Source of the DNA: an uncultured bacterium
Lineage (GTDB): Bacteria; Omnitrophota; Omnitrophia; Omnitrophales; Aquincolibacteriaceae
Direction: 5' to 3'
Assembly: GCA_964373045.1 (NCBI GenBank)
Contig: CAYJSI010000009.1
Coordinates: 1-63,383 of the forward strand
Length of the DNA stretch: 63,383 nucleotides
The notes under the pieces were generated by a model. That model had not been told where the DNA came from. It did not search any database and saw nothing but the letters and a program-made list of their open reading frames with translations. The first letter of the stretch is position 1; every line of letters begins with the position of its first letter. Made by a program: the position numbers and the translations under genes. This document shows, one piece after another, positions 55,692 to 63,383 of the stretch.

Positions 55692-56462
55692 ATGACCAAG
55701 AAAAAAAAGGATGGCCGGATCTCAGCCTTTTTCCCCTGTTACAACGAGGAGGGAAATGTGGCGCGTTTGATCGAAAAATGCGACGAGGCCTTAAGCGAGC
55801 TCGTGTCAGACTATGAGATCATCATCGTCAATGACGGGAGCAAAGACCGCACACGGGAAATCGTGGAGGAAATCGCTAAGCAAAATCCGCATGTCCGCTG
55901 CGTGTCTCATGAGAAGAATCAAGGATACGGCGCGGCCTTGTACACGGGGTTTAAAAGCTGCCGCTATGAGTATGTTTTTTTCTCAGATGGAGACAATCAA
56001 TTTGAGCTTTCTGAGATTTCGCGCCTGGTCAACAAAATCGACGAAGCGAATTTGGTGACGGGATACAGACACCGACGCGCTGATTCCACCATGCGCCTCA
56101 TCAATGCCTGGGGCTGGCGGCTTTTAGTCCGGCTCGTTTTTGGGATTCGCATAACCGATATCGATTGCGCTTTTAAACTTTTCCGCCGGGAGACCTTGGA
56201 CAAAATCGGCACGAAGAACATGATTTCGCGCGGCGCTCTTATTAATACGGAAATTTATGCCCGCATGAAACGCCTCAACATGACCGTGATCGAGGTGCCT
56301 GTGACGCATTACGAAAGAATCACGGGCAAGGCGACAGGCGCCAATCCCTTTGTGATCTTGCGGGCCTTTTACGAATTGGTGAAGCTTTGGCTTCGCCTCA
56401 GGAATGAAGGGTTGAATATCCGTACCGAACAGCCTCCTTCCGGAGGAGCCTCACGTGGTTAA
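55692..56462 (+). CDS. GT2 glycosyltransferase (DPM1/GtrB-like)
   Basis: PCYNEE, VNDGSKD, NQGYG, DGD.Q, DIDCAFK. Confidence 0.9.
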   Translation: MTKKKKDGRISAFFPCYNEEGNVARLIEKCDEALSELVSDYEIIIVNDGSKDRTREIVEEIAKQNPHVRCVSHEKNQGYGAALYTGFKSCRYEYVFFSDGDNQFELSEISRLVNKIDEANLVTGYRHRRADSTMRLINAWGWRLLVRLVFGIRITDIDCAFKLFRRETLDKIGTKNMISRGALINTEIYARMKRLNMTVIEVPVTHYERITGKATGANPFVILRAFYELVKLWLRLRNEGLNIRTEQPPSGGASRG

Positions 56463-57657
56463 AGGAGTTTTTTTTGAGAATCATCTCACGCTTCTGCGAA
56501 ATTTAATCGCTTCCCGAAAAACACCCGTTTACGTTCAGTATTACGTCACCGCGAAGTGCAATCTGCGCTGTCAGCAGTGCAATATTATCTATTCCAACCC
56601 GGGTCACGCGGAAATGGACCTCGACCGCATCGAAAAGACGGCCCGGAATTTGGGGAAAATCGGAACGGCCATTGTCCTCTTGACGGGCGGGGAACCGTTT
56701 GCGCATAAAGAGCTGCCCGAGATCGTTAAAATTTTTGTCAGGAACAAGATTCACGTTCGCATTCAAACCAACGGCTACGCAAGTTACGAACGGATCAAGC
56801 AGTGTGTTGACAATGGAGCGCACGACATTTCCATTTCGCTCGATTCTTTAAATCCCGTGAAGCAGGAGTTTATTAACGGAGATAAAAAAGATTCCTGGCA
56901 TGCAGCCTTGGAGGCCGCAGCGCATGTGACCCAGGCCTTCCCGAAGCGAAGGTCGTTTGCCTCCTTTGGCTGTGTCCTGACGCCCTTTAACATTGCAGAC
57001 GTTTGTGATGTCGTTGAATTTGCAAAGCGAATCTCCTGGCACGTATCGCTCGTTCCGATTCATGTGATGCGGCCGCACGACGATCCTCATTTTGAGAAGC
57101 GTCTCTTTGCCCAAAAATTTAGTGATAGTCTGTTATTTAATCCGGAACAAATGAAGGAAATTGCCGCCCTGATTGAACGTCTTAAACAAATGAAAAAATC
57201 GGGCTACCCGCTTTATGATTCGGACGTGTTTCTGGATGACATCATTCCTTTCATCGAAGGAAAAACACTGGGATGGCGTTCGAAAAATAACGGGGTCTGC
57301 GATGCCCCCTCTATGTATTTCGCGGTTCGTCCTAATGGGGGCCTTGCGCCCTGCTGTGAGTACAATGTAAAGGAGCCGATCCCGGTTTATGACGATGATT
57401 TTCCCGCGATGTACCGTGATCGTCAAAAAATGAAACCTTATGAAGAGGTGGCTCAAGCCTGTTCGGGCTGTATGTACGGCAGTTATCCCGAGATTACGAC
57501 CGCCATCCGTTTTTTACCCGTAGCCTTGGAGAGGGCGCGGATCTTTTTACATGCCGGACAGTTGAAAAAGAACTGGCCGCTTACCTATGAAAAGCTGTTG
57601 GCGACGGCCGAAGAGATTGTAAGAGAAAAGGAAAAGCCTTCCCTTGTCACGTCCTGA
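56455..57657 (+). CDS. Radical SAM protein with Cys-rich C-terminal (SPASM/twitch-like) region
   Basis: CNLRCQQC, TGGEP, QTNG, ISLD, C...G.LAPCC...C..C. Confidence 0.88.
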   Translation: MVKGVFFENHLTLLRNLIASRKTPVYVQYYVTAKCNLRCQQCNIIYSNPGHAEMDLDRIEKTARNLGKIGTAIVLLTGGEPFAHKELPEIVKIFVRNKIHVRIQTNGYASYERIKQCVDNGAHDISISLDSLNPVKQEFINGDKKDSWHAALEAAAHVTQAFPKRRSFASFGCVLTPFNIADVCDVVEFAKRISWHVSLVPIHVMRPHDDPHFEKRLFAQKFSDSLLFNPEQMKEIAALIERLKQMKKSGYPLYDSDVFLDDIIPFIEGKTLGWRSKNNGVCDAPSMYFAVRPNGGLAPCCEYNVKEPIPVYDDDFPAMYRDRQKMKPYEEVAQACSGCMYGSYPEITTAIRFLPVALERARIFLHAGQLKKNWPLTYEKLLATAEEIVREKEKPSLVTS

Positions 57658-58447
57658 GTCAATTCGCGTCGAACGCGATTTTCACGATGAATGGGCCAAG
57701 ACCATCACCGATGAAGACTTCCGCTACAAAGACTTTTTTGAGGCCGCAACCGCACCTGAAAATCGATACATCCTGACACGCATCGGAAACCTTCGCGGTA
57801 AGAAGATTCTTGATCTTGGGACAGGGCCGGGCGAGGCCTCGGTTTATTTCAAGGAAAAAGGGGCGGAGGTGATCTCCTTTGATTTATCCACGGGGATGCT
57901 CAAGCAGGCGACTTTACAAGCGGAAAAGATGAATTTAAGGTTAACCTGCGTGAGCGGCGACGCCTGTCTTCTTCCTTTTCGTGGGGGCGTCTTTGACATT
58001 GTCTACGGGGCGAACATCCTTCACCACGTGGATTACAAACGCTCGGTCCCGGAAATCGCCCGCGTGCTTAAACCCGGCGGCCAATCCTATTTTACCGAAC
58101 CCTTGGCTTATAATCCCGCGATCAACGTTTATCGCAGGATGGCAAGCAATTTTAGGACCCCGGATGAAATTGCCTTCCGTTTTTCGGATTTAAAGGTTTT
58201 TGAAAATTATTTCGGCCGGGTGTGGTACAAAGAGTTCTGGCTTTTAACGCTCTGGCTTTTTGTGCAATTCTTTTTGATCGAACGCGTTTCTCCTGCCAAA
58301 GAGCGCTACTGGAAGAAAATTCTGAAGGATGCCAAGCGGCTCGAAAAAACCTATTATTTTCTGGAAGGCATCGAAAAAAAACTTTTGCGTTGGCTGCCCT
58401 TTCTCCGCTATGGTTGCTGGAATGTGGTCGTGATCGCGCACAAATAA
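57644..58447 (+). CDS. Class I SAM methyltransferase
   Basis: LDLGTGPG, FDIVYGANILHH, RVLKPGG. Confidence 0.87.
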   Translation: MSRPESIRVERDFHDEWAKTITDEDFRYKDFFEAATAPENRYILTRIGNLRGKKILDLGTGPGEASVYFKEKGAEVISFDLSTGMLKQATLQAEKMNLRLTCVSGDACLLPFRGGVFDIVYGANILHHVDYKRSVPEIARVLKPGGQSYFTEPLAYNPAINVYRRMASNFRTPDEIAFRFSDLKVFENYFGRVWYKEFWLLTLWLFVQFFLIERVSPAKERYWKKILKDAKRLEKTYYFLEGIEKKLLRWLPFLRYGCWNVVVIAHK

Positions 58448-58477
58448 GCATTGCCCAGAACTCTACTGCCCAACCCC

Positions 58478-59164
58478 ATGAATGAAAAACTCTTTGACTA
58501 TGCCTCCGAGTATGACGCCCTCCTCCAGAAGGGCCTTAAGTTTTCAGGCGAGAGTAAGGACTATTTCGCCCTGGGAAGGGTGCTGGATATGAAAAAAACG
58601 CTGCCGGAAGGATTTCATCCCAAGCGCATCTTGGACTTCGGCTGCGGCATCGGAAAAACGGTCGAGTATCTGTCCACCGAATACCCCGAGGCGGAAGTGA
58701 CGGGTGTGGACTCCTCCCAAGAAGCCATTCAATATGCGGCAGGGCACTACGAAAACAGCAGACGATTATTTCATCATACGAGTCAGCTGCGCAAAAGCGG
58801 GGATTTCGATCTTTGTTACATGAACGGAGTTTTTCACCACCTTGAACCCCAGGATCGATTGCCGGCACTCAATTCCCTTTTAGGGGTTCTTCGGCCGGGA
58901 GGGTACTTAGCCCTCTTTGAAAATAATCCCTGGAATTTAGGGACAAGACTTGTGATGAAATCCATTCCCTTTGATCGAGATGTGCATCCCATCCCATCCT
59001 CAGTGCTTAAACGTTTGCTCGGCGCTGCCGGATTTGCGTGCTTATCGACCCGCTATCTATTTTACTTCCCGAGATTTCTTGCCTTCCTTCGGCCGCTCGA
59101 GATGCGTCTCGCTCGTTTTCCCCTTGGAGCCCAGTATTTCATCCTCGCCCGCAAAGCTAGTTGA
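58478..59164 (+). CDS. Class I SAM methyltransferase
   Basis: LDFGCGIG, GVFHH, LRPGG..FENNPWN, GAQY. Confidence 0.87.
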   Translation: MNEKLFDYASEYDALLQKGLKFSGESKDYFALGRVLDMKKTLPEGFHPKRILDFGCGIGKTVEYLSTEYPEAEVTGVDSSQEAIQYAAGHYENSRRLFHHTSQLRKSGDFDLCYMNGVFHHLEPQDRLPALNSLLGVLRPGGYLALFENNPWNLGTRLVMKSIPFDRDVHPIPSSVLKRLLGAAGFACLSTRYLFYFPRFLAFLRPLEMRLARFPLGAQYFILARKAS

Positions 59165-59183
59165 CTCCTCGTGCAAAACTAAA

Positions 59184-59213
59184 GGTGCCTGGCACCGGCC
59201 GGTGCCAGGCACC
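59184..59213. repeat. Perfect 30-nt palindromic doublet GGTGCCTGGCACC-GGCC-GGTGCCAGGCACC
   Basis: Read directly; lies between convergent genes. Confidence 0.85.
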
Positions 59214-59230
59214 CTCTGCTTAATGCAGTT

Positions 59231-59257
59231 GGAGTCTGACCCAACGAGTCAGACTCC
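59231..59257. repeat. Palindromic doublet GGAGTCTGAC-N7-GTCAGACTCC (may also act as a terminator)
   Basis: 10-bp arms followed by a T-rich tract; same GTCTGAC/GTCAGAC cores as 2080-2105. Confidence 0.7.
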
Positions 59258-59297
59258 TTTGGTTTTTTGTCCTACAAGCGTAAGAAAAATGACTTTG

Positions 59298-60500
59298 CTA
59301 ATGAGGATGCCGTTGGAGGGAACTGAGGTAACTTAGGCGGGCGGCGATCAGATCAAGCGCAATATCGATCAATTTGGTGACGGCCAGAATGATGGCGATG
59401 GAAAAGAGAAAGGACATCGTCATAAATCGTGACCAATGCGTGTGCACTTGCCCGGTTTCGAGGTAGCGAAGCAGGCTTGGGAAAATAAGGAGAGAGCCCA
59501 AGACGAGGAGGATGAAAGGGATGAACCAGAATAGGTTGTGATGAAAAAAAGCATTTAAGATGCCGCGATCCCGCTCTCTCCAAATGTGGCGTGAGATGGT
59601 TAAGGTCACAATTTTTGAACTAAGATGGCTGGCGCAAATCAGAAGACACGCTGCGATCCCCGCCAGACTCCCGACCGTGAATCGGTAAATCATCCATTCC
59701 GCCAATCGCAAGTGCCCAAGATAATAAAAAATGGGCATCAGCATGATGCCAACCCCTGCGGCGAGACTCGCCAGTCCCAAGAATCCGAGAATCCGGCCGG
59801 GGCGGTAAAGAAAGGCGGCTTCTGAAATGACGCGCAGGAACCGCAGCCCGTCCTTCCAAATGCTCAGCTTCGACCTTCCCTCTCTTTCTTGATAGGGCAT
59901 GTTCACTTCCACGACTTTAATCTCTTTACTCAAAATGGCCTGAGCGCTCATGGCGGGAGTAAAGTGGAGGCCATCCGGCAGCGGCATTAGACGCGGCAGG
60001 CAGGAGCGCTTGACGATCCTCATCCCGCTTGCCGTATCGCGAATCCGCGTGGAAGAAAAGGTGGAAAGAAGCAGGGCGTAGAAAACGTTTCCTATTCTTC
60101 GAAGGAACGGCATCTTGCTTTTTGCATTCATCCGGCATCCTAAGACAATATCGGAGCGCTGCGCTTCCATTTCTTTGCAAAGTTCGGCAAAAAAACGCGG
60201 GTCGCAGGTTCCATCCGCGTCTAAAAACCCAAGAATGTCTGCATCGGAAGTCCGCCACGCCTCTTTGATGGCGGCGCCGTAACCGCGGTTTTTCTTGAAA
60301 ATGATTAAACGAATTTGCGGTACATAGGTCTGTGCCAACTCAACCGTTTTGTCGGTAGATCCGTCGCTGACAACCGCAACCTCGACTTTTTTGATAAAAG
60401 ACGATTGCTGAATGTGTTCACGGGCGGCGAGGGTGCGCTCAATGATACGGGCAATGCTTTTTTCTTCGTTGAGGGCCGGGATGGCAATCAGGAGCTTCAT
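59298..60500 (-). CDS. GT2 glycosyltransferase with C-terminal TM helices
   Basis: IPALNEE, SDGSTD, NRGYG, DADG, DTASGMR, REGRSKL. Confidence 0.88.
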   Translation of the reverse strand: MKLLIAIPALNEEKSIARIIERTLAAREHIQQSSFIKKVEVAVVSDGSTDKTVELAQTYVPQIRLIIFKKNRGYGAAIKEAWRTSDADILGFLDADGTCDPRFFAELCKEMEAQRSDIVLGCRMNAKSKMPFLRRIGNVFYALLLSTFSSTRIRDTASGMRIVKRSCLPRLMPLPDGLHFTPAMSAQAILSKEIKVVEVNMPYQEREGRSKLSIWKDGLRFLRVISEAAFLYRPGRILGFLGLASLAAGVGIMLMPIFYYLGHLRLAEWMIYRFTVGSLAGIAACLLICASHLSSKIVTLTISRHIWRERDRGILNAFFHHNLFWFIPFILLVLGSLLIFPSLLRYLETGQVHTHWSRFMTMSFLFSIAIILAVTKLIDIALDLIAARLSYLSSLQRHPH

Positions 60501-62317
60501 GAGGTGGCTGCGGGTGCGCCGGCAGCCTCGGTGCTGGAAGGGATGAAGTAAGCATAATAATCAGTTTGGCCTGCACGCTGCCAGCCCGGCTGCTCATAGA
60601 CGCAGGATAATGAGTTTGTGACGAAAGCCTTTACGCCCAGCCTGGCCAATTTTTCGTTCAGCCCATGTCTGGCATTCTTTTCTAAACGGCAAAATTGATC
60701 GACAGAACGCTGGGGGACCTGCGCCACGATTTTAAATCGTCCCACACGGGCCCAGAGGGACATGCGGTTTCCGTCGCCCACGGCGGCGATCTTATCGCCT
60801 TCCCGCAATCCGAGGGCCTGGCATTCTTGGGCGATGACCCAGTAGGCATGACTGAAATTTCCCGAAGCCGGTCCAAAAAAATCCTTCAGGCTATTGGCAA
60901 TGACCCAATAGGACCGTTTTCCTATGTTTTCGCGCACGGTGCGGCTCTCATCGACCACGGCAAAAGCGGTATTGATCAGCATAACCGTGAGGGTTCCCAC
61001 GGCAAGAGATTTTACCAGCGTTTGATTTTCTCCTTCCAACGATCGCCATAGTGCCCGCCAGAAGGCAAGCCAAACCAAGACGACAAAGGGAGCCAAATAG
61101 CGTCCCTGGGAATGGACCAAGGCGTAAAGCACAAAGACTGCAAGGGAAGGGATAAGGAGTACCCATTGTCCCGCAAAGGCCTTCCACCAGGATTGTTTGC
61201 GGCGGAAAATAAGATAAAACAAAATGACGAGGAGCATCACCCCGGGAAAATTTTTCGAGAATAAGAGATGCACCGTGTAGCCGCTCCAAATAAAGAAAGT
61301 CTTCACTTGCTTATCGAAAATAAAGCGGGGTCTTAAGGCACCTTCCATCCAGTAAGTGGAATCGTACCAAACGGGATAAGTGGCCCGGAGAGGAGTGGCA
61401 AATTCATAGACGTCCGGCGCGGACATCATTTTCCGCGGGGGATGAAGAAAATCTTTTATGTTGGCCGGTTCGGCATCATCTTGAGTGGCCAAGAAGACAT
61501 CGTTCACGGCATTGACATAACTCTCGGCGCCCACATCCCCCAGGGTGAACCGGCCTTTTGAGGTTGAAAGCCCGTAAACCCAGGGGGAGGCCGTGAGACC
61601 GAAAAAGATTAAACAGACCAAAAGAGAAGAAATCATTTTTGGGTCCCGGCGTTTTTCAAAACCTAGGACGGCTAAAAAAATGATTCCCACGGGAAGCATG
61701 GCTAATTTGGAAAGATAGGCCAATCCTAAAACGATGCCAAGCGCCATGGCCCGAGGCAGGGTAAAGCCTCGATTGTAAACCCTCATGATAATCCCTTGGG
61801 CAAGAAAGACAAAGGCGGCGACCGCCATGTCGGCGCCCGAGTAGCGGGCTAGGACCCAGGCAATGGAGGTAAAGATGGCGACAGGGTAGGCAAGGACATA
61901 CCAGAACCAGGCCGGAAACGGCCGAGAGCCCGCCGTTTTCTCTTGATGGAGATTCGCGATAAATTCTTTTAGAAAAAATTCAAGGCAGGCCATGGCGGCT
62001 ACATAGATCAAAAAATCGGCAAGGTGAAGCGTGGGATACTCCCAAAAGGCATTCGGACTCAGGAGCTTAAAAATAAGGGCAAGAAAGAAGGGGAAGAAGG
62101 GGCTCCAATGGCCGTTCGGGACCATGGCCCAGTCGCCCCTTACGATGGCATCGGCCATGTCAATCTGAGGCAGCGTGTCTCCGATCATCATAAAACGGAA
62201 AGTCCAGCAGGCAAGCGCCCCGAACAACAAGGCAGCCACCCGTAGGCTTATCTTTGTTAATCCGTCAATGTTGAGGCGGGTAAGGTTACTTCTCGTCGAT
62301 AAACTTGGAGCGCTCAT
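60497..62317 (-). CDS. Polytopic membrane protein, possibly a GT-C-type glycosyltransferase
   Basis: Many TMs, NGHWSP, AYLSK, large loop with TYP.WYD, RYLAP. Stop overlaps the GT2 start; start codon tentative. Confidence 0.6.
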   Translation of the reverse strand: MSAPSLSTRSNLTRLNIDGLTKISLRVAALLFGALACWTFRFMMIGDTLPQIDMADAIVRGDWAMVPNGHWSPFFPFFLALIFKLLSPNAFWEYPTLHLADFLIYVAAMACLEFFLKEFIANLHQEKTAGSRPFPAWFWYVLAYPVAIFTSIAWVLARYSGADMAVAAFVFLAQGIIMRVYNRGFTLPRAMALGIVLGLAYLSKLAMLPVGIIFLAVLGFEKRRDPKMISSLLVCLIFFGLTASPWVYGLSTSKGRFTLGDVGAESYVNAVNDVFLATQDDAEPANIKDFLHPPRKMMSAPDVYEFATPLRATYPVWYDSTYWMEGALRPRFIFDKQVKTFFIWSGYTVHLLFSKNFPGVMLLVILFYLIFRRKQSWWKAFAGQWVLLIPSLAVFVLYALVHSQGRYLAPFVVLVWLAFWRALWRSLEGENQTLVKSLAVGTLTVMLINTAFAVVDESRTVRENIGKRSYWVIANSLKDFFGPASGNFSHAYWVIAQECQALGLREGDKIAAVGDGNRMSLWARVGRFKIVAQVPQRSVDQFCRLEKNARHGLNEKLARLGVKAFVTNSLSCVYEQPGWQRAGQTDYYAYFIPSSTEAAGAPAATS

Positions 62318-62422
62318 TTTTTTTAAAATTGGCTGAATAACCCTTAGGATATGTCGATCTATAGAGTGCGTAACACATAGCCGTCTATATATCGGCAAAA
62401 AACACTTATATTCACAGCCCTT

Positions 62423-63292
62423 ATGATTTCAATCTCAAAATGTCCGGCATGTGTGGGAAAGTTAGAATTTGTGTTTGATGTGTGGGCAGGTCATCAAACC
62501 ATGAAGGTATGGCGATGTAAACAGTGCCGCAATTACGTCAAATCGCCATTTTTTAGCTCTGAAGAACTTGCGGAAGTTTATCGGCACTATGACATCCATG
62601 AACAGCACTACGAACCCGCTCAAGGAGAGCTTGACAACATTGCCGCGAGGCTCGATCGAATCGAGCGGTTTGTGAAACGGAGGGGGGCGCTTCTTGAGAT
62701 CGGCTGCGGTCGAGGCTTTTTTTTAAATGAAGCTCTAAAGCGAGGTTGGAGGGTTGAGGGCATTGAGTTTGAAGGAAGCGCGGCACGGCATTTGCTGAAG
62801 AGCGTCGAAGAAAAAGTCAAATTTATTCGAACTGAGAAAGATTTCCAAAACCTACCCGAACAAAGTTTTGAGGTGATAACCTCCTATCAAGTTTTTGAAC
62901 ATCTTACACAGCCTGTCGCATCGCTTAAAGCGTGGTCGAGGGCACTCAGATCTTCTGGCTTGATGGTTATTCAAACGCCCCATGCGGGAAGTCTTGGCGC
63001 GAAATTTAATGGCTCGAACTGGATTCATCATAAGAAGAAAGAACACTTTGTGATTTATTCAAAGAAGGCGCTTGAAATGCTTTATCGTCTGAACGGATTT
63101 AAAATCATCCATGAGTATTTTGGAGGACCACCATTTTTCATAACAGGCATGGAAAGTAAATTGGGGTTTCAGAAACCGCCTTCCGTTACCTCGATTTACC
63201 GTTTTCGATGGATGACAAACTTCGCCAGAAATTTGGTGTATCAATTGGGGGTAGGAGATAACATCGAAATATTTGGGAAGAAGAGCTTGTGA
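62423..63292 (+). CDS. Class I SAM methyltransferase with N-terminal CxxC..CxxC
   Basis: CPAC..CKQC, LEIGCGRG, FEVITSYQVFEH, QTP. Confidence 0.85.
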   Translation: MISISKCPACVGKLEFVFDVWAGHQTMKVWRCKQCRNYVKSPFFSSEELAEVYRHYDIHEQHYEPAQGELDNIAARLDRIERFVKRRGALLEIGCGRGFFLNEALKRGWRVEGIEFEGSAARHLLKSVEEKVKFIRTEKDFQNLPEQSFEVITSYQVFEHLTQPVASLKAWSRALRSSGLMVIQTPHAGSLGAKFNGSNWIHHKKKEHFVIYSKKALEMLYRLNGFKIIHEYFGGPPFFITGMESKLGFQKPPSVTSIYRFRWMTNFARNLVYQLGVGDNIEIFGKKSL

Positions 63293-63383
63293 ACGTTGCC
63301 AATCCAAAATTCATTTTAGTTCTTAAGCTGGGGGGGATTGGAGATGTCGTGACCATGACTCCGGCCGCACGGGCTTTAAAAAA
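63289..63383 (+). CDS. 5' end of a GT9 (heptosyltransferase-like) glycosyltransferase, truncated by the window
   Basis: GTG start overlapping the previous stop. Translates to (M)NVANPKFILVLKLGGIGDVVTMTPAARALK, a typical GT9 N-terminus. Confidence 0.75.
   Translation, partial: MNVANPKFILVLKLGGIGDVVTMTPAARALK

Overview
A 63-kb bacterial chromosomal window, about 52-55% GC by eye. The gene content (Lol, Mla/MCE, McsAB-ClpC, MshEN) indicates a diderm and fits a PVC-group lineage such as Omnitrophota; that placement is inference only. In order the window carries: an Rrf2 regulator with sufBCDSU; an M48 peptidase; metH; a small islet (RelE/HigB-like toxin and XRE antitoxin between 32-bp direct repeats, a palindrome cluster, a sirtuin); metF; and a long housekeeping run (lysS-lolE-lolD-ilvE-mcsA-mcsB-clpC-AsmA-like-mlaEFD-PIN/TRAM-ispDF-gltX-cysS-RAYT-tmk-holB-metG-tatD-...-thiL-tsaE). 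It ends in a methyltransferase-rich surface-glycan locus. Four signals stand out. (1) A REP-associated tyrosine transposase (RAYT) is joined by ATGA overlaps between cysS and tmk. GTAG-type palindromes lie in frame, all in the same V-G-A reading frame, inside cysS, the RAYT itself, tmk, holB (nested with a second hairpin) and, in decayed form, ilvE. (2) Several other small palindromic element families occur, including a MITE-like element that appears to supply the RBS and start codon of mlaF. (3) The anticodon-binding domains of cysS and metG are encoded by AT-rich patches. (4) A three-gene block in the glycan locus is tandemly duplicated with reciprocal gene loss. No rRNA, tRNA or CRISPR array was recognised.
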